A stretch of DNA of 64,000 nucleotides from Gemmatimonadota bacterium (GTDB lineage Bacteria > Gemmatimonadota > Gemmatimonadetes > Gemmatimonadales > GWC2-71-9): the NCBI GenBank assembly GCA_025357945.1, contig JANYLJ010000055.1, forward strand, positions 775 through 64,774. The letters run 5' to 3'. The notes beneath the pieces are model-generated. The model had not been told where the DNA came from and searched no databases. It was given only the letters and a program-made list of their open reading frames with translations. This document shows positions 26,532 to 35,672 of the stretch, piece by piece. The translations under genes and the position numbers were made by a program. The stretch's first letter is position 1; each line of letters begins with the position of its first letter.

Positions 26532-26842
26532 GAGAATCTCCTGCAGCACGCTGCTGCGAATTGAGTCGCGCCACCCCTCCGGAGCGAGAGCCCGGGATGG
26601 CTGGCCTGAATATGCGAGTCGGTGTGGCGCGCGTCAGTCGGCGGAATGGTGTACCCGGTGTCAGGGGCCGCCGGACGCGGGCCTCCCGATCGGCTCGCCG
26701 CGTCGCGGACGTGGGTGTGCGGGGCGATACCGCCGACATCTCGTCCAGCATTCCCCCGACTGACGCGGCAGACCGCCCCCAGTAGACTGCCGTTGATCCT
26801 GACGCGGGATGTACGGCGATCACCACTGCGGAGGACAGGGCG

Positions 26843-27811
26843 ATGTTCGAACGGATCATGGTGCCGCTCAATGGGCTCGCATCAGCCGAGGCCGCTGTCG
26901 CGCCAGCTGCAACGATGGCACGTACGCATGGCGCCGAGTTGCACTTGGTGCTGGTCGACGGGCCTTCCCGCCTGGATCCGATGTCCGACGAGTTCTTGCG
27001 GATCGATTGCGAGGCATATCGCGACCAGCAGATGCAGCCAACTGCCGCCAACCTGCGCCGTGACCTCGGGATCGCGGTCACCACAGCGATGCTGACTGGG
27101 TCGGTGGTCGACGCGCTCGCGAATTACGCATCGTCGGTGCGCGCCGATCTGATTGTAATGGCAACCCACGGCCGCGTCGGGTGGCGGCGCGCGTGGGTGG
27201 GCAGCGTCGCCGACGAACTGATGCACGAGGTCACCGTCCCGCTGTTGCTGTTGCGCATCGGCAACGAAGGTGCGCCGGTCCCGGGGCCGTTCCGTCGGAT
27301 CCTGATTCCCCTCGACGGTTCCGCTGCGGCAGAGGGTGCCCTCGACGCGGCGCGCACCGTCGCCCGGTTGGGCCGGTCGACGCTGATCCTGGCGCACGTA
27401 GTGACACCGATCCCGGCGGCGGTCGAGATGTCAGCCACAGGCGGCACGATGTTGGTAGACGCTGAGGCCACCCAAAGGCTGGTGGCCGAGGCCCACCGGT
27501 ACCTCGACGGCCTCGCCGACTCGCTGCGGTCACGCGAGCCGATGCCGGTCGAGACACAGGTGGAACTGGCACCGGTCATCACGCCGGTGTCGCCGGTGGC
27601 GGGGACCATCGCCAGTCTTGCCCGCCATCTGCGTGCCGACCTGGTCGCGCTGACGACGCATGACCGTGGCGCGTCTCGCCTCTTCGTCGGCAGCGTGGCC
27701 GACAAGGTCCTGCACGACACCCATTGCGCACTGCTCATCTGCCACGGTCAGGCCGCACCCACCAGCCCGGTAGCGATGCAGGCGCGCCCGGCACAGACCG
27801 CACGTTGCTGA
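26843..27811 (+). CDS. universal stress protein, tandem Usp domains
   Basis: Two repeats: MFERIMVPLNG...DLIVMATHGRVG and RRILIPLDGS...DLVALTTHDRGA. Confidence 0.85.
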   Translation: MFERIMVPLNGLASAEAAVAPAATMARTHGAELHLVLVDGPSRLDPMSDEFLRIDCEAYRDQQMQPTAANLRRDLGIAVTTAMLTGSVVDALANYASSVRADLIVMATHGRVGWRRAWVGSVADELMHEVTVPLLLLRIGNEGAPVPGPFRRILIPLDGSAAAEGALDAARTVARLGRSTLILAHVVTPIPAAVEMSATGGTMLVDAEATQRLVAEAHRYLDGLADSLRSREPMPVETQVELAPVITPVSPVAGTIASLARHLRADLVALTTHDRGASRLFVGSVADKVLHDTHCALLICHGQAAPTSPVAMQARPAQTARC

Positions 27812-27824
27812 CCGGAGGGGATCA

Positions 27825-29627
27825 TCATCGTGTTGAGTAAATCGCAGCGACCGGCAGCACGAAGGAAAACGTGCTGCCTTGACCGACCTCGCTTGCGACC
27901 CAGATCCGGCCGTGATGTGCCTGGACAATCCCCTTGGCGATGGCGAGGCCCAGACCGGTGCCGCGGGCGACACCGGCACGGCTGACCTGCCAGAATCGAT
28001 CGAAGATGTGCGGCAGATGCTCCGACCCTATGCCGGTGCCGGTGTCCCGGACTGAAATGACAACGCCTTCGGCGTGCGGTGACGCGGTGATGGTCACGGC
28101 GCCACCGGCAGCCGTAAAGCGCAACGCATTACTGATCAGGTTGCCGAGGGCTTGCAGTACCCGGCCATGATCCGCCAACACTTCGGGAAGTTCACCGGCT
28201 ATTTCGACATTGAGTGACACCGCCGCTTCACGCGCGCGTGCGGCGAACGTTTCGATCGCTGCTGTCAGCATCGGCGCGACCCCGTGCGGCTCGAGATGTA
28301 TCGCCAGCCGGCCGGCGTCGATGCTTGCGGCGTCGAGCAGGTCCTGCATCAGCCGGTGCATCCAATTGGCCGATTCGAGAACGGTCGCGTAGAGCGCCCG
28401 TCGCTCGTCGGCGTCGGCCGGCGGATGCTCGAGGAGCGTGCGCGCGCACATCGTGATCGCGCTGGCCGGGGTGCGCAGGTCGTGCGACACAACGGCGAGG
28501 ACTTCGTCGCGTGCCGCTAGCGCACGCTGGGCGCTCCGGTAGAGGAGGGTATTGTCGATCGCGAGGGCGGCAGGTGCCGCGAGTGCGTGCGCCAGTGCCA
28601 GATCGGATTCCGAAAGGGTTGGGTCGTGTCTGCCGATCGTCAGCGCGCCGATCACCTGTTCGCGGACTGCCAGCGGGACACAGAGGCATGAGCCGACGCC
28701 GAGTTGTTCGAGGTCGTGCAGCTCGGCGGCGTCCACCGCACGGGCTTCGAGCCAGTCGATGGAAACCTGGCGGTGAAGGCGAGGTTGACCGGTGCGCAGT
28801 ACATCGATGGCCTCGGATGGCGAGTCCCAATCGATGCCTCGCGCCGCCATCGACTGCAGCGCGGTGTGACGGCGAAGGTCGGCATGGGAACTGACGACGC
28901 GGCGGAGAGTTCCCGACGCACCGTTACGGTTCTCGACAATGTCGAGAAGAGACCAGTCACCGATGGCGTTGACCGGGAGTTCCGCGACCAGTTCCAGCAT
29001 CGCCTCGTATTCGAGCGTGCCGGCGAGGCGTGCCCCGGCCACCGCCAAGGTGTGCTCGTGGTGCTCGAAGCGGCGCTGTTCGGTCACATCTCGCACCACC
29101 GCTGTCAACAGCGGGCCACCGGGCGTCGCCAGCCTGGAAATTGACGCGTCGGCGGAAAACTCGGTGCCGTCGCGCCGGCGACCCGACACCTCCCGGCGCT
29201 CTCCCATGCGGCGCGCAGCGTCGCCCGCCCCGGCAAAGTCAACGATATGCTGGCGATGAGCCACCACCCGGGGTGTCGGAATGAGAATGTCGAGGGACTT
29301 GCCGATGACTTCCGCCGCGGGGTAGCCGAACATCAGCTCAGCGGCGTAGTTGAAATGCACGATGGCGCCGGTTGCGTCGGCGCTGACGATGGCGTCGGCG
29401 GCGATCGCGAGGATGCCGGCAAAGCGGGCCTCAGACTCGCGCAGTTGCGCCTCAACGCGCACTCGCTTCGCGAGGTCACGCACCAACGCTCGTCGCATGA
29501 ACCAGAGAACGATGACGGCGAGCAGCAGAAGGGCGCCGATTGCCGCGGCAAGGGCGTCGAAGCTCGGCTGCTGCGCGAACGCCGGAGCCTGCCCGGCAGT
29601 GATCCCTCGGATGGTCCGGAACGGCAT
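27825..29627 (-). CDS. PAS-GAF sensor histidine kinase (HisKA type)
   Basis: TM segment, PAS (IVSADATGAIVHFNYAAELMFGY), GAF, the H-box VVSHDLRTPASAI and HATPase N/G boxes. The start is at MPFRTIRG (29627). Confidence 0.85.
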   Translation of the reverse strand: MPFRTIRGITAGQAPAFAQQPSFDALAAAIGALLLLAVIVLWFMRRALVRDLAKRVRVEAQLRESEARFAGILAIAADAIVSADATGAIVHFNYAAELMFGYPAAEVIGKSLDILIPTPRVVAHRQHIVDFAGAGDAARRMGERREVSGRRRDGTEFSADASISRLATPGGPLLTAVVRDVTEQRRFEHHEHTLAVAGARLAGTLEYEAMLELVAELPVNAIGDWSLLDIVENRNGASGTLRRVVSSHADLRRHTALQSMAARGIDWDSPSEAIDVLRTGQPRLHRQVSIDWLEARAVDAAELHDLEQLGVGSCLCVPLAVREQVIGALTIGRHDPTLSESDLALAHALAAPAALAIDNTLLYRSAQRALAARDEVLAVVSHDLRTPASAITMCARTLLEHPPADADERRALYATVLESANWMHRLMQDLLDAASIDAGRLAIHLEPHGVAPMLTAAIETFAARAREAAVSLNVEIAGELPEVLADHGRVLQALGNLISNALRFTAAGGAVTITASPHAEGVVISVRDTGTGIGSEHLPHIFDRFWQVSRAGVARGTGLGLAIAKGIVQAHHGRIWVASEVGQGSTFSFVLPVAAIYSTR

Positions 29628-29681
29628 GCAGATCTCAGGGTCGGGGGCACCAACGCCGGCACGCCGTACGCCGGGGCGACG

Positions 29682-29698
29682 GTCTGATGGTATCAGAC
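29682..29698. promoter_or_regulatory. 17-bp perfect palindrome GTCTGAT-GGT-ATCAGAC in a divergent kinase/kinase promoter region
   Basis: Seen directly in the sequence, between the starts at 29627 (minus strand) and 29835 (plus strand). Confidence 0.35.
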
Positions 29699-29834
29699 TT
29701 TCAGGCCGCCGTCCATGGTCCGCCGGCCAGCGAACATCGCCCCCGGCACGGCATGACCCCTGTCGGCGATTCCCCGACAAGGATGCCACCATCTTGCCGA
29801 CAGACAGTACCGGTGTCGCGGTCTAGCTTGACGC

Positions 29835-30851
29835 ATGTCTCAGACCGCAACCACCTTGGTACCGCGCCACTGGCGCGCCTGGCAGCACCCGCTGTTCTGG
29901 AAAATGCTGGGCGCCGACCTGTTGCTGATCGGCTTCACGGCGATTGCATTTCCCGCGCGGACCGGCGAACGGTTGGTCCTGATGATCGCGGCAATCGTTC
30001 TGGTCAGCCTGGTGCTAAACGTCGCGCTGACCCCGTCTGCACTGCGACCGTTGCACGTCGCACGAGGTACTGCCCAGCGCCTGGCAGCAGGGCTGGCCAA
30101 CGCCAGCCTGGAACGGCCCGTGGCCGCCGGCGCGGTTCAGCCGATCGATGACCTGCTGAACGACGTCGCGACACGGCTTGAAGCAGATCGCGCCCGCGCG
30201 CTCACGTTGATCCGGCGGAGTCTCCATGCGCACGAGGCGGAGCGGGAAGCCATCGCCAGGGAACTCCGGGATGCCGGTGCGCAGCAATTGGCGGCGCTCA
30301 CGTTGCAACTCACCGCCGCCGTCCAGGAGAACCAGGATCCGAAGGTCGCGCTGCCATTGGCCGCCGCCAAGGACCTGGCCGTACAGGCAGCGAATGAGAT
30401 TTCAGCCCTGGCCGAGCGGATCGCTCCCGGGTTGCGTGGCGAATTCGGTCTCGCAGCAGGGCTGGACGGGTTGCGGCGCCGCGTCACGCGCCACAGCGCG
30501 CTTGACTTCACGCTCGACGTCCGGGGCGCGCCTTTCCCGCTGCCGTTGCCGCTGACTCGGGCTCTCCTGCGGGTAGCCGAGGAGGCTGTCGAAAATGTCG
30601 AGTGTCACGCTGGCGCACGGTCCGTCACCGTCGACCTGTCGTTTACCCGCCCGATTGTTCGGCTCGAAATCTCGGATGACGCCAACGGTTTCGACCTGGC
30701 CGTTCTGGATCAAGCTCACGGCGGACTCGGCCTGTTCCGGGCCAGGGAGCTTCTCGCACATGAAGGCGGGAAGATGCAGATTGAGTCCGCGCCGGGGTGC
30801 GGGACGCGGGTGCTTGCGACGGTCGATGCGTCTCATGGAGCCACATCATGA
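29835..30851 (+). CDS. HisKA_3-type sensor kinase homologue with degenerate H-box (His replaced by Arg)
   Basis: Two TM segments. The dimerisation box reads EREAIARELRDAGAQQL where the family has ...ARELHD.... The N, D and G boxes are intact (EEAVENVECHAGA, DDANGF, GGLGL). Confidence 0.75.
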   Translation: MSQTATTLVPRHWRAWQHPLFWKMLGADLLLIGFTAIAFPARTGERLVLMIAAIVLVSLVLNVALTPSALRPLHVARGTAQRLAAGLANASLERPVAAGAVQPIDDLLNDVATRLEADRARALTLIRRSLHAHEAEREAIARELRDAGAQQLAALTLQLTAAVQENQDPKVALPLAAAKDLAVQAANEISALAERIAPGLRGEFGLAAGLDGLRRRVTRHSALDFTLDVRGAPFPLPLPLTRALLRVAEEAVENVECHAGARSVTVDLSFTRPIVRLEISDDANGFDLAVLDQAHGGLGLFRARELLAHEGGKMQIESAPGCGTRVLATVDASHGATS

Positions 30852-31510
30852 TCAATGACGTCATCAGCGTTGTTCTGGCTGACGATCACGCCGTGGTCCG
30901 GACGGGCCTGAAGGCGGTGCTCAGCACGGCCAAGGATATGCGCGTCATCGGCGAGGCGTCCAACGGCGCGGAGGCGATCGCGATGGTCAGGCGGCTCGAC
31001 CCCGACGTACTCGTCATGGACCTGTCGATGCCGCAAATGGACGGCGTGGAAGCGACCCGGCAGCTCGCCGCCGAATCCATCCGCACCCGGATCCTGATTC
31101 TTACCATGCATCCGCCGGACGAGGCACTGATCCCGCTCGTCGAGCTGGGGATCGCGGGCTTCCTGCAGAAGACCGCCGCGGACCGCGAACTCGTCGACGC
31201 GGTGCGCGCGGCGGCGTTCGGCGACACCTACCTCCAACCGGCGGCGGCGCGCGTGCTGGCCAACGGAATGCGCAAGCGCGCCGAACACGCCGATGAACGC
31301 TCGGGGTTCGATCGGCTGACGCCGCGGGAACGTGACGTGCTCCGGCTGATCGCGCAAGGATTTTCCGCGCCGGAGATTGGCACGCGGCTTACCATCAGCC
31401 CGAAGACGGTCGAGACGTACAAGCAACGGATTCACGAGAAGCTTGGTCTCACGCACCGGTCCGAATACGTCCAGTACGCCCTCAAGCTCGGCTTGCTGAC
31501 CCAGGACTAG
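30848..31510 (+). CDS. NarL/LuxR-family response regulator
   Basis: Receiver domain (VVLADDH...DVLVMDLSMPQMDG) plus a LuxR-type HTH (LTPRERDVLRLIAQGFSAPEIGTRLTISPKTVETYKQRI). ATGA overlap with the kinase gene. Confidence 0.9.
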   Translation: MINDVISVVLADDHAVVRTGLKAVLSTAKDMRVIGEASNGAEAIAMVRRLDPDVLVMDLSMPQMDGVEATRQLAAESIRTRILILTMHPPDEALIPLVELGIAGFLQKTAADRELVDAVRAAAFGDTYLQPAAARVLANGMRKRAEHADERSGFDRLTPRERDVLRLIAQGFSAPEIGTRLTISPKTVETYKQRIHEKLGLTHRSEYVQYALKLGLLTQD

Positions 31511-31710
31511 GCTGGCGGCGGGCTCGCGGTCGGCCAGTCCCCTGATCTCGCCGTGCTGTCGGGCAACGGCTGACAATCGCAGCGGGGAATGCCCGTCGCC
31601 GAAACCCGCAAATCCCCGACTGATCCAAGCCGGCCTCCCGGGTATTCTGTCTCCGGCGAATATGCCTGCTCGCGGATTCTGTGCTGGCGGGACAAGCGGA
31701 GGAGGTAGCG

Positions 31711-32373
31711 ATGATCGCACACCGGCGGCGGGCGGCAACCAGGCGGCGTGAGACGGACCGCCGTCTTCATGTGCCGGAGCCGCGAACAACCTCCTGGTGG
31801 GAATGGCGCATCTTCGGACCACAGATTCAGATGCCCGTCGCGCCCGATCTTCTGACCGAGCCGACTGAAGCTCCCGCGACGGAAACCTGGTTGCTCTCCC
31901 CGTGCTCCTCCGTCAGTGTCAGAGTCTGTCACGGGCAGGTGGAGATCAAGCGGCTAGAACGGATCGACCGGCGCGGCCTCGAGCTGTGGCGGGTTATCCA
32001 CCGCTACCGTTTTCCGCTCGATGCCGCGGCGGTCGCCACGGTGAGTGTGGACCTCGGCGCCTCGGTGCCCGACCTTGAAGGATCCGTCGACCTCGAGCGC
32101 TTCCTCAGTGTCATGCACGCTGCCGCGCCGTCGGTCGTGGTGAGATCGGTCAGGACTCAGCGATCCCCGTTTCGTCTCGATGGGTGCCGCGGCGAGCATG
32201 TCAAGTTGACCGTGGGCAGCGGCCAGCGGGAGACGGTTGCACTGGTGGGTCAGGACCCAGGGCCTGTCCATGCGGCACTGCAGCGCCTGGGGTTCTCGCG
32301 GTTCGCCAACATGAACTATCCCCGGGCCTTGAAGCTCATGCTTGGTGTGGCCGACCGGGCCGCCGCGTTGTAA
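31711..32373 (+). CDS. hypothetical protein (possibly CYTH-like; not established)
   Basis: ATG preceded by GGAGGAGG. It has an Arg-rich N-terminus and no motif I can assign with confidence. Confidence 0.45.
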   Translation: MIAHRRRAATRRRETDRRLHVPEPRTTSWWEWRIFGPQIQMPVAPDLLTEPTEAPATETWLLSPCSSVSVRVCHGQVEIKRLERIDRRGLELWRVIHRYRFPLDAAAVATVSVDLGASVPDLEGSVDLERFLSVMHAAAPSVVVRSVRTQRSPFRLDGCRGEHVKLTVGSGQRETVALVGQDPGPVHAALQRLGFSRFANMNYPRALKLMLGVADRAAAL

Positions 32374-32397
32374 TCGGCCCAGCACGGCGGCTGGCCC

Positions 32398-33678
32398 TCA
32401 GTTGGTCCAGGCCAACCACGCGGCGACCACCAGGGCGGCAGCGATCACGCCAAGGCCGATGGTGGTCCACCGCCGCAGTGCGCCAATCCCGAGGGACGCG
32501 GCGACGAGAAGCTTGAAGAGCGTACTCGCAAGCACACCGGCAGCGATGCCGTGTGCAGCCAGCGACGTGGCGTTCATCCCCAGGGCGACCTGATGCATCG
32601 AGATGGTGAGCGCATCGGCGTCTGCGATGCCGAGCAGCACGGCAGACCCGAGCAGGCCGGCTGATCCCCAGGTGGAGCGGACGTATTCGATTGCGATCAG
32701 CGCCACCTGAAAGACCAGCGCCATCTGTACCGCCGAACCAACGCGCAGGGGACTGCGCGCGTCGGGAGGGGCTCCTGCGGGCGGTGACGGCTGTCGCAGC
32801 GACACGACGATCATGGCGATGCCCGCGAGCACCGGCGGGAGCAGGTAGGGGAGCAGCGCGCGAGCCAGCGACGTGCTGAGGACGAGACTGAGCAGCAGCA
32901 CCCGGGCTGGAACGACAGAGCAGGCGGCCACGATGCCGAGGCCCAAGGCAGCGCCGTGTTCAGGTTCCGCACGGCTGCGCCGCGAAAACTGAACTGTCAC
33001 TGCGGTGGACGAGGCGATGCCGCCGAGCAGCCCCGTCAGGACGTAGCCGCGGGTGACGCCGACGGCGCGTTGGGCGAGGTATCCGGCAAAATTGAGACCC
33101 GACAGTAACACGACGATTCCCCAGAGCGCGCGCGGACGGAAGCCCCAGAGCGATTGGTAGGGGCCCGTCGGAAGCAGCGGCAGAATCACCAGCGCCAGAA
33201 CGAGGAATTGCAAAGTCGCGTGCATTTCGGTCTGGCCGATCCTGCGCACCAGCCAATGCAGCCGCTTCTTCTCGCCCAGGGCGAACACCACGACCGCGAT
33301 GCTGCCTGTGGCAAGCCCCAGGTGCCCGAGTCCCGCGAGCACGCCGAGTCCGAGAACGACGAGCGCGGCGCCTTCGGTGGTGCCATCGAGTGGCTGTTCG
33401 GGACGGCGCACCGCCATGACGTACGCAGCGATGATGAAGCAGGCGCCCCCGGCGAGCAGAACCGCGGCCGACAATCCTTCGTTCGCGGCGAGCAGCAAGC
33501 CGGCGGTGCCGCCGAGAAGGCCGAACATCAGGAAGGTGCGGAGTCCGGCGAAGCGCCGTTTCGGCCCGGAAGCCGGACCGGACCACTCGCGTTCCACGCC
33601 CGCCGCGAGACCGATGAGCGCGGCAATCGCCAATCGTTCCGCCATGATGGCTGGCGCGAGTTCAGTCGGGGAGATCAT
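32398..33678 (-). CDS. MgtC/SapB-family N-terminal domain fused to a DUF4010-like polytopic membrane protein
   Basis: AIAALIGLAAGVEREWSG...GLRTFLMFGLLGG followed by about 10 TM segments. Confidence 0.7.
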   Translation of the reverse strand: MISPTELAPAIMAERLAIAALIGLAAGVEREWSGPASGPKRRFAGLRTFLMFGLLGGTAGLLLAANEGLSAAVLLAGGACFIIAAYVMAVRRPEQPLDGTTEGAALVVLGLGVLAGLGHLGLATGSIAVVVFALGEKKRLHWLVRRIGQTEMHATLQFLVLALVILPLLPTGPYQSLWGFRPRALWGIVVLLSGLNFAGYLAQRAVGVTRGYVLTGLLGGIASSTAVTVQFSRRSRAEPEHGAALGLGIVAACSVVPARVLLLSLVLSTSLARALLPYLLPPVLAGIAMIVVSLRQPSPPAGAPPDARSPLRVGSAVQMALVFQVALIAIEYVRSTWGSAGLLGSAVLLGIADADALTISMHQVALGMNATSLAAHGIAAGVLASTLFKLLVAASLGIGALRRWTTIGLGVIAAALVVAAWLAWTN

Positions 33679-33931
33679 TCTCGGCCCGCGGGCAGACGTT
33701 CAGGAGATCACCACAGGGGATAATAGACGCGTTGGCAGGCGACGGAACCGCTGAGCGGGCGCGGAGCCGAGTGCAGCCGCGAGGAAGGATCCCCGGACGC
33801 TGCGTAGGAATTCCCCTGACTGTGCCGGGTTCGTCGGTTCGATACTCTCTCCTCAGTTGGTTGGGAAAATCCGCCGGGGCTCGCGGGTTGCGATTACTCC
33901 TCAGCCGCGATCCGCTGGCAGGAGCTGGTCC

Positions 33932-34024
33932 ATGATCGGGCGTGCCCTGGTTGTCTGGCTGCTGGTTCCGCTCGCGACGCTGATAGCTCCGGTGCTTGGA
34001 TTTCGCCCGGTGACGCGCCCGTGA
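33932..34024 (+). CDS. 30-aa hydrophobic upstream ORF coupled to the LOG-family gene
   Basis: AGGAG lies 7 nt before the ATG. The peptide is MIGRALVVWLLVPLATLIAPVLGFRPVTRP. Its TGA overlaps the GTG start of the next gene (GTGA). Confidence 0.35.
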   Translation: MIGRALVVWLLVPLATLIAPVLGFRPVTRP

Positions 34025-34809
34025 TCGCCCTCTCGCCGCCGCCGCAACAGTCCGCTTCCCTTCCGGCGGCCACGCAGAGCCCTGGACCTGCCGAACACGC
34101 GTTGCTCTCCGGTCCGCATTCGCGACTTCGTGAACTCTGGCTGCTGCTCGGCGCGGTCGGCGACTTCCTCCGCGGCTTTCGTGCGCTGCACTTCGTCGGA
34201 CCATGCGTGACGGTGTTCGGGTCCGCACGTTTTGGCCCGGAGCACCCGTACTATCAGCTCACGCGCACGGTGGGCCAGCGACTTAGCGCCATGGGATTCA
34301 CCGTGATGACGGGCGGCGGGCCGGGACTCATGGCGGCCGCCAATCGCGGTGCCAAGGACGCGCATGGCGCGTCGGTGGCCTGCAACATTCGCCTTCCGGT
34401 CGAACAGCAACCCAATCCGTATCTCGATCGATGGATCACCTGCGAGCATCTCTTCGTCCGCAAGGTGCTCCTGTTCAAGTATTCCTATGCGTTCGTCGCG
34501 ATGCCGGGCGGAATGGGGACAGTCGATGAGCTGTTCGAGGCCCTGACCCTGATCCAGACGCACAAGATCGCGCCGTTTCCGGTGGTGCTCATCGGCACAT
34601 CGTACTGGCAACCACTGCGCCGGTTTCTCAATGAGATGATCGCGGCCGGCGCCATCGAGGCGAATGACATGCGGCTCATGCTCATCACCGACGACCTGGA
34701 CGAGATGGCGCGCTATCTCGAGCACGCCGCAGTACAACGCTTCCGTCTGCGGGCGGGCGCCCGTCCGAAGGCGCGCCGCTGGCTCGGCGAAAGGCCGGTC
34801 ACCGCATAG
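34021..34809 (+). CDS. LOG-family (TIGR00730-type) Rossmann-fold nucleotide-binding protein
   Basis: Motifs VFGSARFG, GGGPGLMAAANRGA and PGGMGTVDELFEALTLIQT. Confidence 0.85.
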   Translation: MIALSPPPQQSASLPAATQSPGPAEHALLSGPHSRLRELWLLLGAVGDFLRGFRALHFVGPCVTVFGSARFGPEHPYYQLTRTVGQRLSAMGFTVMTGGGPGLMAAANRGAKDAHGASVACNIRLPVEQQPNPYLDRWITCEHLFVRKVLLFKYSYAFVAMPGGMGTVDELFEALTLIQTHKIAPFPVVLIGTSYWQPLRRFLNEMIAAGAIEANDMRLMLITDDLDEMARYLEHAAVQRFRLRAGARPKARRWLGERPVTA

Positions 34810-34898
34810 CGCCCGCCGGGCGGCGGACGCAGCGGCCGCCGCAGTGTGTCTTCGATCAGTATGGCAGCATCACGACGCAACGAGGAGGGAACGGTACC

Positions 34899-35666
34899 AT
34901 GGGACGATTGACGGGAAAGACAGCGCTCGTCACCGGCGGTGCGCTCGGCATCGGCCGGGCAGCCTGCCTCCGCCTGGCGCAGGAAGGTGCCCGCGTCGCG
35001 GTCACCGACCTTCACGACACGGAAGGGCACGCTGTGGTCGAGACGATCACCAAGGCCGGCGGCTCGGCCGGCTATTGGCACCTCGATGTCAGCCACGAGG
35101 CCGATGTGCGGGCCGTGTTCGAGGACGTGCTGCAGGCGTTCGGTCATCTCGACGTGTTGGTCAACAATGCCGGCATCACTGGCCCAAACAAGCCGACGCA
35201 CGAGGTGACCGAGGCCGAATGGGACCACCTCATGGCGGTAAATGTGAAGGGAGTGTTCTTCTGCACCAAGCATGCCTTGCCATACATGATGGCGGCTGGA
35301 CACGGCAGCATCATCAATCTCTCGTCCATCTACGGCCTGGTCGGCGCGCCGGACGTTCCGCCGTACCATGCCTCAAAGGGAGCCGTCCGGGAGATGAGCA
35401 AGACCGACGCGATGATCTATGCCAAGCAGGGCATCCGGGTCAACTCGGTTCATCCCGGCTTCATCTCGACGCCGATGGTCGAGAATTTCGCGAAGTCGCA
35501 GGGCGACGCCGCCAAGGTCCGCGCCGGACTCGACGCGCTGCACCCGCTGGGGCACATCGGCGAGGCCGACGACATCGCCTGGGGCATCGTCTATCTCGCG
35601 TCAGATGAATCGAAGTTCGTGACTGGCGCGGAGCTGGTGATCGATGGCGGCTACACGGCGCGGTGA
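34899..35666 (+). CDS. short-chain dehydrogenase/reductase (SDR)
   Basis: Motifs TGGALGIGRA, NNAG and the catalytic S...YHASK. GAGGAGGG precedes the ATG. Confidence 0.9.
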   Translation: MGRLTGKTALVTGGALGIGRAACLRLAQEGARVAVTDLHDTEGHAVVETITKAGGSAGYWHLDVSHEADVRAVFEDVLQAFGHLDVLVNNAGITGPNKPTHEVTEAEWDHLMAVNVKGVFFCTKHALPYMMAAGHGSIINLSSIYGLVGAPDVPPYHASKGAVREMSKTDAMIYAKQGIRVNSVHPGFISTPMVENFAKSQGDAAKVRAGLDALHPLGHIGEADDIAWGIVYLASDESKFVTGAELVIDGGYTAR

Positions 35667-35672
35667 CATGGC

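Noticed and set aside
33780-33900. Possible tRNA or small RNA (GGTTCGTCGGTTCGATAC resembles a T-loop)
   Set aside because: I could not fold an acceptor stem, anticodon arm or D-arm around it, so there is no cloverleaf. It remains an unexplained 250-nt non-coding stretch.
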